Assembly: GCA_965198225.1 (NCBI GenBank)
Contig: CBDAOY010000005.1
Location: forward strand, 800,001-864,000
Origin: Terriglobia bacterium
GTDB taxonomy: Bacteria; Acidobacteriota; Terriglobia; 20CM-2-55-15
Direction: 5' to 3'
DNA length: 64,000 bases
How positions within the stretch are numbered: the stretch's first letter is position 1; every line of letters starts with the position of its first letter. This document shows, in pieces, positions 31,840 through 43,555 of the stretch. Below the pieces are notes generated by a model that was not told where the DNA came from, did not search any database, and worked only from the letters and a program-made list of their open reading frames with translations. A program made the position numbers and the translations under genes.

Positions 31840-34714
31840 TGATTTCGATAACGTAAAAAGGATCCACCAAACGGGGTTCTGATCGAGGAAACGGGACCCA
31901 CCCCTGATAGCCTCCCCCGGCGAGTGCCTGGATGAACCGGCACGGCGGAGGGAGGATAAGGAGTTGTTAGGGATGGATCAGTACGAATGGGTCAGGACCG
32001 CACATCGGGTTTACAAGAAAAGCATTCGACAGATCGCCCGGGAGACCGGGCACACGAGACGGACGGCCCGGAAAGTATTGGCCGGGCAGGATCCGAAGTG
32101 TCGGCGGGAGAAGGAGCCGGCCTGTCCGGTGATGGATCCGGTGGCCGGGATCGTGGAGGGCTGGCTGCGGGCCGATCGGGAGCAGCCGGCCAAGCAGCGG
32201 CACACGGCGCACCGCGTATGGCGGCGCCTGGTCGATGAGCATGGGTTCACCGGAGCCGAGCCGACGGTGCGCCGGTGGGTCCGGGAACGGAAGATGCGTT
32301 TGGGCTGGCACCGGCCGGGGGCGGTGGTGCCGTTGGATCCGGAACAGGCATTGGAAGCCGAAGTGGACTGGGGCACGGCCTGGGTCCGGATGAAGAGTGA
32401 AGACGTTCAGGTCAAACTGTTCTGCATGCGGAGCCGGTACTCGGGCAAGTCGTTCGTGCGGGCGTATCCGCGGGAATGGCAGGAGATGTTCCTGGACGGT
32501 CACATCCGGGCGTTCGACTGGTACGGCGGCGTATTCCCGACCGTGGTCTTCGATAACCTGAAGACAGCTGTGAGGCGGATTCTGAGGGGGAAGGCCCGGA
32601 TCGAGCAGGACCGGTTCACGGCGTTACGAGCCCACTACACCTTTGAATCGCGGTTCTGTAATCCGGCGCGGGGCCATGAGAAAGGGGGTGTGGAGGGCGA
32701 AGCCGGTTACTTCCGGCGCAATCACCTGGTGCCGGTGCCCAAGGCTCGGGACCTGGCGGATCTGAACGCGCAGCTGTTGGCCGGTTGCCGAGCCGACGAG
32801 GGGCGCAAGATCGGCGGCCGGGTGCAGACGGTGGGTGAAGGGATGCAGATCGAACACCCCCATCTGCTCGCGTTATCGAGGGAAGGTTTCTCTCTAGGAG
32901 CCTGTCGGGAATTGGCTCCCTCGAAGCAAGAATCAACAACTTACGAGCCATCCCTGGCCTGTAAGTTGTTGATTCTTGGTTGCAGACTTCTTATTCCCGA
33001 CAGGCTCCTAGCCGAGGACAGCTTTCCACGAGTCGACGGTAAAGGCTGTGTAGGGGTGCGGAACAACTTCTACTCGGTGCCGGTCAAGGCCGGAACCGCG
33101 GTGCGGGCCAGCGTATTGCCGGCTTACGTGAAGGTCTGGCACGATGGCCGATGCGTGGCGCGGCATGAGCGCGGTTATGGAAACGGCCAGCAGTTCTTCA
33201 ATCTGGAACACTATCTGGAGGTGTTGGAGCGGAAGCCGGTCGCGCTGGCCGGGAGCAAGCCTCTGGAGCAATGGCGGCAACAGGGTCGATGGCCGACCAG
33301 CTATGACCAGTTCTGGCAGAGGTTGATCGCGCGTCACGGGAAACAGAGTGGGACCCGCGAGATGGTGGAGTTGCTCCTAATGGGTCGGGAGCACGGCTAT
33401 CGCGAGTTGGATGCCGCATTCCAACAAGCCCTCGACTTGGGATGCTCCGATGCCGCCGCGGCGCGCTATCTGATGACCGAGGCCCGACTCGGCCAGCCGG
33501 CGGCGCCGCGGCTGGAAGTGGCCGCACTACGCGCCTACGAACGGCCCCTGCCCGAGGTAAATGCCTACGATGCACTGCTCACCACGGAGAGGGTCTGATG
33601 TCGGCCGCAGCCCACGCCGTGGAACAGGCAACGATTCAGCAGTACTGTAAAGCGCTCCGCACACCCACGATCGGAGCGCAGTTTGTGGCCCTGGCCGAGC
33701 AGGCTCAGCGGGAAGACCACACCTACACGCGGTATCTGGAAGCCTTGCTGGCCATGGAAGTTGAAGAGCGAGAACACGGTGGCTCGCCGGATTCAAGGCG
33801 CGCGTCTGCCTCGCATGAAGACGCTCGAAGACTTTGACTTCTCGCAGTCGAAGGTTCCAGCGACCCGCATCCGTGGACTCGCTGACGGCGGATATTTGGA
33901 ACGCGCCGAACCCGTCGTCCTGATTGGGGAATGTGGAACCGGCAAGACGCACCGGCCACAGGACTATGCGTGGCCGCGTGCCGGCAGAAGAAGCGTGTTC
34001 GCTTTGCGACGGCCGCCGGCTTGATCAACGAGCTCGTCGAAGCCCAGCACAACAACCAGCTCCGCCGGGTCCTGGCCCGATGGTTCCGATACGAATTGAT
34101 TGCCATCGACGAAGTCGGCTACGTCCCGATGGCGGACCTGGGCGCGGAACTCCTCTTTCAAGTCATCTCGGAACGTGCGGAGCGGGCCACGGTGATCCTG
34201 ACAACGAATCTACCCTTCTCGGAATGGACCCAGGTGTTTCCCAATGTGCGGCTCTGCAAGGCGCTGCTGGACCGGATCACCGATCGCGCACACATCATCG
34301 AGACCGGGGCAGAATCCTACCGCTTCCGTCGCACATTGGAGAACCGACAGAAACCGCGGCGTCCGGCCGGAACGGAGAAACCGGCGAAAAAATCCAGATC
34401 CTGAGGATCGGGCGGATCCCTGATCGTCGATTCCCGGGGATCCTGGAGCAAAGAATTCCTGTTGAAAACCTCCACGGAGGCAAAAGAAAGAAAAAAACCA
34501 AAAAGAAAGAAATTCGGAGCCCTGATGGAAATGACGCCTGAGAGGAAATCCGCACAAGACGCCGATTCCCTCTCAGGCTTGGAAAAGCTTCGCAAACAAC
34601 GCTCAGCTTTCCCACATTCCCACAGGCCCGGCGGTCATCCACAGGACCTTACTAACCCAAGGGGTGGGCCAAATCAGATGATCAAAAGTGGGCCAGACCG
34701 GGTGGACAAACCCA
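31840..34714 (+). mobile_element. IS21-family element #3 (istA 31964-33598 with MITE; istB 33598-34404 frameshifted)
   Basis: EAEVDWG, FDNLKTAV, HEKGGVEG; ist[10 protein letters not shown] and AIDEVGY in different frames; TG..CA ends, no duplication seen. Confidence 0.85.
32898..33007. mobile_element. 110-bp MITE with CTAG target duplication
   Basis: GAGCCTGTCGGGAAT...ATTCCCGACAGGCTC IRs, CTAG both sides, internal inverted repeat. Confidence 0.88.
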
Positions 34715-34749
34715 GCAACTCTGGCCGCCCGCATCACCGGCATTCTTGA

Positions 34750-35270
34750 AGATGAAGGGCTTTCGCCAGACCCCGCGAAGCGGGTTCCCGGTCTGGCTTG
34801 AGAGTTGCGTCGGCCAACCAGGTCCCCGCCACCGACGCCAGCCGGGGCAGGAAGTCATTGTAGGTCTCCCCGTTTTCCCGCCTCACGATCGACCGCATCG
34901 CCGCGTTCGCTTCCAGCGTCGACGCATCCACGCCGATCGTCTTGCCGTCGATCAGGCCGGCCCCGGCCAGCCATCGCAGCATCCAGGAGAACACCTCCCC
35001 ATGGGTTTCCAGATCGATCCGCCGACGGGTCCGCGACACCGTCGAATAGTCCGGCACCGATCCGGTCAGTCCTGTTCCCAGAAATTCCCGCAGGCTCAGC
35101 GAATCGGCGCAGCGCCAAGCGATTCCACGTTCCGAATCGAGGCCTTCGAAGTAGCCGACCAGCTGCATCCGGAATACCAGCCCCAGCCGACCACACGGAA
35201 ATAGGTGAAGTCGGTCTGCCAGAGTTCGTTCACACCGCGGGTGGGATGCTGGAAGTGGTCGCAGCCTTTC
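34750..35270 (-). pseudogene. Fused transposase remnants (IS1182/IS5-like plus IS3-like)
   Basis: GYFEGLDSERGIAWRCADSLSLREFL..IGVDASTLEANAA; adjacent NELWQTDFTYFRVVGWGWY. Confidence 0.7.
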
Positions 35271-35536
35271 CAACACGATCCGGACCTTCTTCTCAGACGA
35301 GTAGGGGTTACGATAGCAAGGGGTACCGCCCAGATTGCTGCAAAAATGTGTGTCCAGTGAAGGCTGGCATGTTCAGTGGGAGGCAGTCCCACCGGGGTAG
35401 AAGTCAGAGCCCCGGAGCTTGAGTTGTATCTGTGGAGGAGACGAAGAGTTATAACCGAATCTGGTTATGAGGAGGGAATCGACACCTCGGACATGCTGCT
35501 CTCCCTCGCCGGGTTATGGGCTTCGCATAAAGGCCA

Positions 35537-36247
35537 CTACGCTGGCGCGGGAAGAGCCGGCGTCGAGAAGGTAATCGCGGTAATGGCCTTGATGCTTCGG
35601 GCTCCGTACCGGAAAGGAACAATGAGACGAAGCGGTGCGCCGTGCCGTGGCGCAATCGGTTCGTCATTCATCATCCATGCAAGCATCACCTGGGGGTGTC
35701 GGAGCGTCTCCACGGATTCGTCCGCGTAGCGTCCGTCCGAGCCGACGACACGGCAATAATGCACTTCGGGTAAAAGGCCCAGGATGTCGGTAAAGTCGGA
35801 GAAACGGACGCCGGTCCACTTGACGATCCCGCGGGGGTTCGGCGCTCCGCACTGCAGGAGAAAGGTCCCGGACACCCGTGGCAGCGGCTCCAGATCCGAA
35901 AACTGCAGTGTGCCGCCCAGCCGAGCCATGCCGCGGGTATCGACTCGGATCGCCATCCGCCGGTAGTCGAACTCGATTTCAGGGGCCTGGCGGCCCGGGG
36001 TTCGCCACATGAGCGGGTCCGTGATGGGGCCCGCCTCGCTCTCGGGGTGTTCCGGCGCTGAGCCATCCGCATTGAGTGGAAGGGATGCCGGAAAGCCTTC
36101 CCGCCTCGGTCGTTCCACGAGCTGGTCGGGCCAGTCTTCCTGCATTCGAGCTTTCCCCGTCAGGGCTTCGGGCTTAATTATCCCCAGCGACAAGCCCGCC
36201 AGTGTCGAGCCTGAGATCGCGATTGCTTTACGTCGTGAGATCGCCAT
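35537..36247 (-). CDS. Tat-exported molybdopterin-dependent oxidoreductase (sulfite oxidase/MsrP fold)
   Basis: SRRKAI twin-arginine, LQC, WTGVRF, LAWMMNDEPI..HGAPLRLIVP..YGARSIK. Confidence 0.8.
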   Translation of the reverse strand: MAISRRKAIAISGSTLAGLSLGIIKPEALTGKARMQEDWPDQLVERPRREGFPASLPLNADGSAPEHPESEAGPITDPLMWRTPGRQAPEIEFDYRRMAIRVDTRGMARLGGTLQFSDLEPLPRVSGTFLLQCGAPNPRGIVKWTGVRFSDFTDILGLLPEVHYCRVVGSDGRYADESVETLRHPQVMLAWMMNDEPIAPRHGAPLRLIVPFRYGARSIKAITAITFSTPALPAPA

Positions 36248-36665
36248 GCTGGAACCTCCTCTTTTTGAAAGAAGCGGACTTTTCCGGAAACCGACGCCGA
36301 TCAATCAAAGCGCCGTCACAAAATTGTATGTAGAATCTTCCTCTTTGAGACTCTGAACGTCAAGGTCGGAGACCCCATACAACAACAAGGCAGCAAAAAC
36401 GGCGGTAGTGGGTCAGTTTGAAATTGAGGTTGATTAGGCTCGATCAAGCCTCAGGGATGATCCCGGCCCGGCCGAGTCCCATAGCTTCCAACAGATGTCT
36501 CCGGATCGGTTCGACCTTCCTCGAAGCGTCGTCTCAAGCAAAACGCATCTGCCAGCATCCGGAGCCATCGATCAACGGATTAACCGAAGGTTCCGGAGGG
36601 GCACGAGCAAATGGCCCTCACAGGCTTCTATGTATGCCTCGTGTGCAGGGGAACCGGACGCCGAT

Positions 36666-37454
36666 CTACTTTTCAGCGACGATGTAAACCACAAAGGTGT
36701 CGTCCGCGTCGCCTTCCTCGGAGGGAGTAAACTCTCCGTTTCCTTCCTCAGTCTCTTCGTCGGTGCCTTCCCAGTAGACAGTGGCACGCTGGAATCCTGC
36801 TTCGAGCAGCAGCTCCCGAATCTCGGGCAAAGTCCAGAGCCTCAAGTCATAGGTAAAGGCATTCTTGATCTTTGAGCCGTCGGGGAAGCTGAAGTGGATG
36901 TGGCATAGCATGTCACCGGTGATGGGGTTGTAGACTTCCTGGTCCCAGATATAGATGAACCGCTTCAGCTTCGTGCGTGCGCGCATTTCCCGGTGCGCAT
37001 CCGGGCCCCCGAAGGCATCGAGCATGAAGAGACCGTCATCCAGAAGCCCGTCGTAGACGTTCTGGAAGTACTGTCGTAGCAAGTCCCGGGTCTTGAAGAT
37101 CCAGTAACTGAAGTTCATCGCCAACACGATGTCGACGGGCGCGCATGACACCTCCATCACATTGGCGTTGATGAGTTCGATGCGCTCCCGAGCTTTGGCG
37201 GTCAGTTCTGCGATGTGATGCTCGCACCCCCATTGCTGAACGTCAGCATCCAGATCGACGCCGATCGCGTGGTTGGCTCTTCGCCGGCGAACCCACTCGC
37301 ACGACGTATTCGCGCTGCCGCAGAAATCCTCGCGCAGCCACTTTGCCTTACGCCGGCGCAACTGGCGATAGGTGTCGTCGACGAAGTCGATTTCGGCATC
37401 CACACACTGGACGGCGTCCTCGTATAGGAGGCGCCGGTCGGAGCGCTGGGCCAT
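36666..37454 (-). CDS. Class I SAM-dependent methyltransferase
   Basis: LYEDAVQ, LREDFCGSA, AIGVDLD, AMNFSYW, RLWTLPE. Confidence 0.8.
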   Translation of the reverse strand: MAQRSDRRLLYEDAVQCVDAEIDFVDDTYRQLRRRKAKWLREDFCGSANTSCEWVRRRRANHAIGVDLDADVQQWGCEHHIAELTAKARERIELINANVMEVSCAPVDIVLAMNFSYWIFKTRDLLRQYFQNVYDGLLDDGLFMLDAFGGPDAHREMRARTKLKRFIYIWDQEVYNPITGDMLCHIHFSFPDGSKIKNAFTYDLRLWTLPEIRELLLEAGFQRATVYWEGTDEETEEGNGEFTPSEEGDADDTFVVYIVAEK

Positions 37455-38007
37455 TGTCGCCCCTTTCTTTTTTCTGGAAAACGTGGACTTTGAGGGCATG
37501 CTGGGTGTCCTTCCGAATGATTGCCGGTGTTTATGACTGGCCCACAGTGACCGCCCCCGGGGGGAAACGATCAATCGTAATCCATCGAGAGCCGGCGCGG
37601 TCGTCGAGGCACGAGATAGTCCGGTCTTGCAGTTTGACCTCGCATGAAGCTGGATAGTGACGCCGATTTTGAGACTCACGAGAATGAAGAGGAGAAATGT
37701 GGGCAGAGCCGAGCATCATGGCGGGATCTCGACGGGGACTGGCCGGCATTGTGACGTTAATCGGATTTACAGCGAAATCGTGGTCACGGTTTTCATTTTC
37801 AAGGAGTTGGCCTCCAAGACGAGAAGTAATGGATGCAGAAGTTCCCCGGCGGTATCGACGGCAGCACCTTCGGGATTGTTCAAGTGGGGGTCATTCCCCC
37901 ATTAGTGTCCCCCTCCGGGATGGGTGAAACCCCTCGCCTTTAGGCGGACCGTGCGTGCGAGAGGGACGGTGTACTGTCATAAGGTCGCCGTCTCATGGAG
38001 GCCGCGA

Positions 38008-40563
38008 AACCTTGTTGCATGGATCATCCCGAAGGATGCCTTATCATCGTGTTTTTCAACACCGGGGATAACTTAGATGCCACATAAGTTTAACGCAGCC
38101 CGACGGCACAAGTTTGATAAGGCGCAGTATCGGGTGATCAACTGGGCGGAATATAACGAGAGCCTGCGCCAGCGGGGTGATCTGACGATCTGGGTCAGTG
38201 AGGAGGCTCAAAGTGTGTGGAGCGCGCCGCGCCGCACGTCACGGGGTGGCCAGCGGAGATACTCGGATCTCGCGATCGAGACATGCCTGACGCTGCGCAC
38301 GGCGTATCGGCTTGGGTTGCGACAAACGCAGGGGCTGATGGGTTCCATCGGCACGCTCATGGGGCTGGATATACGGGTGCCGGACTTCTCCACACTGTCG
38401 CGTCGTGCAAACGGCTTGAGCATCGCTCAGGTGATGAGGCAAGCCGGGTCTGTGGCTGTCCATCTGGTGGTGGACAGTACCGGCCTCAAGATCTTCGGCG
38501 AAGGGGAATGGCTCGCGCAGAAGCATAAAATCAAGGGAATACGCCGCCGCTGGCGCAAACTCCACCTCGGACTGGACCTGGCCAGCGGTGCGATTGTTTG
38601 CGCCAATCTGACTCACGATGACGTTGGAGACAGCACTGCATTACCTGATGGGATGGACTCCTCCTTGATGACTGAGTCGGCATCGTAGTGCCAAAGTCAT
38701 TGTGAAGCCTCGCGATGGTGCGGGCTAAACACGAGGACGTGTAAACAAGAAGGAGTCCGAGATGAAGAGTAAAACGATCGCAGTGGATCTGGCAAAGAAT
38801 GTTTTCGAGATTGGGATTTCCGACCGCCCCGGGCAGATGACGAAGACATACCGTTTAAGCCGGGGAAAGTTCTTGTCGTTTTTTGCGAATCAGGAGCTGG
38901 CGACGGTCGTGATGGAAGCCTGCAGTGCCGCCCATCACTGGGGACGAGAGATCCAGAAACTGGGGCACACAGTGGTACTGATTTCACCGCAGTATGTCCG
39001 GCCCTACGTACCGAGGAGTAAGACGGATCGGGCGGATGTAAAAGGGTTGCTGGAGGCCCACCGGAATGCCGATATTCGGGCGGTACCCATTAAGACGGTG
39101 GCGCAACAGCAACTCACCGCCCTGCACCGCATCCGGTCGACCTGGATGCGGACCCGGACGGCGCGCATCAACATGGTGCGGGGGCTGCTGGGAGAGTTTG
39201 GGCTCGTGCTGCCGACGGGAGCCCGGCGGCTGGTGCCCGGAGTCATGGGGTTGATCGAAGATGCGGATGTTGAGATCCCCATGACCGTACGCGTCATGTT
39301 CTCGGAAGTGTGCACCGAAATCCGCGAGCTGGAGGCACGCATTCAATCGGTGGAGCGGGAGTTGGAAGCCCTGGCCCGTCAGATGCCCGAGGTGGCCCGT
39401 CTGCGCTCGATCCCTGGAATCGGGCTGTTGACTTCCACGGCGATGGTAGGTTTTGTCGGTGACCCCCGACGGTTTCGATCCTGTCGCCACTTTGCCAGTT
39501 ATCTGGGACTCACCCCGCGTGAGCGTTCGAGCGGAAACCGGCGTCGGCTGGGAGCGATCAGCAAACAAGGCAACGTCTACCTGCGGATGCTGCTCATACA
39601 CGGTGGCCGCACTCTGCTATGGAGTGCGCATCGAAAAGGGGCGCAACCTTCGGCTCTGCAGAAATGGGGTCTCCGTCTCCACACACTCCGCGGGCACAAC
39701 ACGGCCACGGTTGCTTTAGCCAACAAACTGGCCCGCACGGTTTGGGCCGTCTGGACACAGGACACGGCGTACGAGGCTGACCGACGGGCGGCCTGACACC
39801 ATGACTGTAGGAACATCCTTTCAGTAGACTGCGACGACGTTCGAGTTGATGACGTACCGGTCAGACCGGCGCGGGGAAACGCCGGAGAAGCCGTGGCCCC
39901 TGGAGGCCGTTTACCCGGTTGGCACCCCGCGCGCGAATTTCATCATGGCCCGGAACTCAAACGTTCCATTCGAGAGGCCGAAGATACGGATGCAGTCGAT
40001 CTGTCACTCAACTCGAAAATCAAATATCAGGATGCTGAAAAGAATCTTCGGGAAAAGGATATGGGACAGCTGCGCCTACTTGACAGGAGGAGTCCAGATA
40101 CGGCTCCTGGATCAACTCGATGCCCCGGTCACGGGCTTTCTGGCTGACGGCGCCTATGATGGAGCTCTACACGAGATCTGCTGAGGGAACGGTATGGGGA
40201 GACCCTGGATGTGGTTATACCGCCGCCAAAGAACGCAGTGATCCGACCGCAATCGGCGCGGGATCCAACCGATCGGGATCGCCATATTGCTCAGATCCGC
40301 AGCAACGGACGCATGGCCTGGCAACTGGCCACAGGGTACAACCAGCGCAGCCGGATAGAAACGCAGATCGGCCGTTGGAAGAGCGTCATCGGCCCCAAGC
40401 TCAAATCCCGCAGCTTCTCCAGGCAAATCACGGAGATCCAGGTCGGCCAGAAAGTTCTGAACACAATGACCGCACTCGGACGGCCTGTGTTCGAACGTAT
40501 CGCCTGACGCTACCGCTTGGGAAAGGGCGAATTCCATCTCCGCCCCGATCCATGCAACAACGC
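38008..40563 (+). mobile_element. IS5-family (IS903-like) element interrupted by IS110
   Basis: IRs TTGTTGCATGGATC / GATCCATGCAACAA; NWAEYNESLRQRG, VDSTGLK, WRKLH; 3' part ADGAYD, GYNQRSRIET. Confidence 0.9.
38646..40099 (+). mobile_element. IS110/IS1111-type element, intact (recombinase 38762-39796)
   Basis: AVDLAKNVF, VMEAC, KTDRAD, SIPGIG, RSSG, VALANKLAR; subterminal IRs TGGACTCCTCC / GGAGGAGTCCA; ~300-bp downstream non-coding region. Confidence 0.92.
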
Positions 40564-40838
40564 TCAGCAGTACTGAACTCGACGCCGAGGCGCACAACGC
40601 GATGGCGGAGAGCATGAACGAAGGTCCGGCGTAAGCGGTTTCGGGGATTTGCTTCCTGGGGATGCGCTGCTCTTACCGCGACGCGATTCCATTCACAATA
40701 TGAGGGAGGACGGACCGCGACCGGCCCGCTTCTGGAAGCTCCGCTCATTGCCGAACCGGCGACTTGCAGGCCGGCGCCCTAAACGCCCTCGTCCGGGTGG
40801 GCTTGCGGCCGCTTCACATTTCCGTCGCGTCCGTGGGC

Positions 40839-41435
40839 TCAAGCGCCCGGGCTGTTCCAGATACACTTCATGAAGTTGAATCGCTCTCCGTCCGCCGCGT
40901 CCCGGAATGCATACCGCGGATCTTCCTTTTCCTCCGGGATCGTGTAAGGCAAGCGATATCCAAGCCACACGGCTTTGAACGGATCGAACTCCGGGCGCGT
41001 TCCGGTCTCTAGCAGCTCCAGTATGGATTCTTCGGCTCCAACTCGCGTGCTGCGCGTCGTCAACGGGCTGTTCAGCAGGACCAACAGGTGCCCGCGTCCC
41101 CGCCGCCGGGCCAGTTCACGGTACTTCTTGCGCTTGCGTTCGACCAGATCCCGCGCTCTGACTCCCATCACCGCATCGGGTTCCCAATATCCTCCGCCCA
41201 CGTTTCCGGGCTCCGCGCCCCACAACCACTTAGCTTCGTTCGAGTTGTAATAGGCGCCTGTAACCTCTCCCCAGGAGGTCATGACAGTTCCATCGCACCT
41301 TCGAATGTGGAAGTCGATGTCGGGTGGATCTTCATCGGGCCGGGTCGAACGAACCTCGGCGTCCATATGCTGCCCCAGCGCAACAGCCCAGCAGCTTCCC
41401 CAGTAATCCTCGTGTTGACGTTTCATATTGGACAT
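40839..41435 (-). CDS. Hypothetical protein
   Basis: 198-aa ORF; PD..EV spacing weakly PD-(D/E)xK-like; no family recognised. Confidence 0.45.
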   Translation of the reverse strand: MSNMKRQHEDYWGSCWAVALGQHMDAEVRSTRPDEDPPDIDFHIRRCDGTVMTSWGEVTGAYYNSNEAKWLWGAEPGNVGGGYWEPDAVMGVRARDLVERKRKKYRELARRRGRGHLLVLLNSPLTTRSTRVGAEESILELLETGTRPEFDPFKAVWLGYRLPYTIPEEKEDPRYAFRDAADGERFNFMKCIWNSPGA

Positions 41436-41572
41436 TGGTGTGTATGCGCCCGCAGGGACTCAAACGATATCCAGCCGGGCATTTCTGAAACCGGAGCAGG
41501 CAGTCCAGCAGTTCCGTCGCGACTTGAACGTGGGCGCAGATGCTTGTAGCCGGTCTGTTTCAACGCGTCGAG

Positions 41573-43090
41573 GGTTATGTTTCAGAGTCTCTGCAAAAAG
41601 GTCCTGAGATAGGAACGGGCCAGGGTATCTCCGAGAAGTTGTTAATGGACAACTTTGAAATCAAGGAGAAGAACCGATGGCCCGACCCGAGATTAAGCGA
41701 AAGGGAGTGGATTGGAAAGGATTGTTGAGTGAAGACCGGGATCTGATCAAGAGCGCGGTTAAGGAGGTCGTTGAGGAGATTCTCGAGGCGGAGATGGAAC
41801 AGACCGTTGCGGCCGCCAAGAGTGAGCGGACCGCCGGGCGGACCGGGTATCGGAGTGGCTATTACCGGAGGGACCTGGTCACGCGAGTGGGCAAGCTGGA
41901 GTTGCGGGTACCGCAGGACCGGGCGGGCCAATTCAGCACGGAGGTGTTCGAGCGGTACCAGCGGAGCGAGAAAGCCCTGGTGGCCAGCTTGGCGGAGATG
42001 TACGTGCAGGGAGTGTCGACACGGAAAGTGAAGGCGATCACCGAGGAACTGTGTGGGCATGAGTTTTCGGCAAGCACGGTCAGCCGGATCAATAAGACAT
42101 TAGATGGGGAGCTGAAGAAGTTCGCCACCCGAGAGCTGGAGGAGGCGTATCCGTACCTGATTTTGGACGCGCGCTACGAAAAGGTGCGGGAAGACGGGGT
42201 GATCCGGGCCCGGGCGGTCATGGTGGCGATCGGAATCAACTGGGATGGCCGGCGCTGCATCCTGGCTGTGGAGTTGGCGGGACGGGAAAGCACCAGCAGT
42301 TGGCGGGAGTTGCTACTGAATCTGAAACAACGCGGCCTGTGCGGAGTGGACTTCGTGGTGACCGATGATCATGCCGGCTTGAAGAGAGCGATCGCGGAAG
42401 TGCTACCCGAAGCGATCTGGCAACGTTGCTACGTCCACTTTCTGAGAAATGCGCTGGATTATCTGCCACGTAAAGCCGATGACGATTGCCTGCAGGAGCT
42501 GCGTTGGCTCTACGACCGGCGGAACCTCCAGGAAGCGCGGCAGGACCTGGCGGGCTGGTTGACGAAGTGGCAGGGGAAGTATCCGAAACTCTGCGACTGG
42601 GTCGAAGAAAACATCGACGAGACGCTGAGTTTCTACACCCTGCCGCTGCAGCATCACAAGCACATGAAGTCGACCAACATGCTGGAACGGCTCAATGAAG
42701 AGATCAAGCGGCGCACCCACGTGGTGCGGATCTTTCCCAACGCAGCGAGTTGTCTGCGATTGGTTCGAGCACTGGCCACCGAGATGCACGAGAACTGGAT
42801 CGAAGCGATCCGTTATCTGAATATGGATTTGCTCAAGGAGCACAAGAAGGAATGGCACCGATCGACGACAGCGGCGTAAAACCCGTCAGCAAACGTGAAC
42901 CCGAAGATCGACTGGCGGGCCGATCGTCGCTCACAGCACATCCTGGAGCAAAATATTCTGCGGACCGATGTTCGTGGAGGCCCAAGATTCCCACGGAATG
43001 TGGAAAAGCTTCGCTCCGCTCCGCTTTTCCACATTCCGAATCGCCACCAGCTTTCGGAGATTACTTTTGCAGAACTTGACGCACACAACT
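41573..43090 (+). mobile_element. IS256-family element, intact (transposase 41677-42879)
   Basis: 8-bp duplication GCGTCGAG; imperfect IRs ..CTGCAAAA; YVQGVSTRKV, ILDARYEKVR, WQRCYVHF, STNMLERLNEEIKRR. Confidence 0.95.
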
Positions 43091-43189
43091 GCGTCGAGCT
43101 GGAGGCTGGGTTCTGGTCATCCGCTCCGACCCGGACATAGCCGCTCCGGCTCGCCATACGGTATCCCTCCCTTGTCTTGCCCGCCTTCG

Positions 43190-43290
43190 CTCAAGACATT
43201 GCTCATACCGACGGACCCTGTTTCGGCTTTCCGCCGTTGTCAATGTCCCGAGCCTTACTCTTCGTTGGCCGGTTTTGGGTGTCAGCGATC
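43190..43290 (-). pseudogene. Left-end remnant of an IS21 #1-family element
   Basis: Reverse complement resembles 2650-2765 (AAAACCGGCCAACGAA..GGGACATTGACA..ATGAGCAATGTCTTGAGC). Confidence 0.6.
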
Positions 43291-43555
43291 CCGGCTTTCA
43301 CCCTGAACTGGTCCAACCTCCGGGCTTCTTGGCGGCACTTTCCAACGCGCTCTTGACGGCGGCCGCGTCAAGGCATCCACGCTCAATCATCTGGGCTACA
43401 AAATCCACAACATCCTCCACTTCAAATACTGGAGAGCCACCCGGTCCATATCCCATTTTGAGCCTGCCGCCTCGCTTCCTCGTGTCCTTGTAGTAGGGGT
43501 TCCGACAGTAACGGAGCAAAATCGCACGTTTAGGGGCGCTCTTGGGACCGCCTAG

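Noticed and set aside
40080-40100. Circle-junction promoter TTGACA..TATGAT for the IS1111 element
   Set aside because: The spacer would be only ~13 bp, so it is not claimed.
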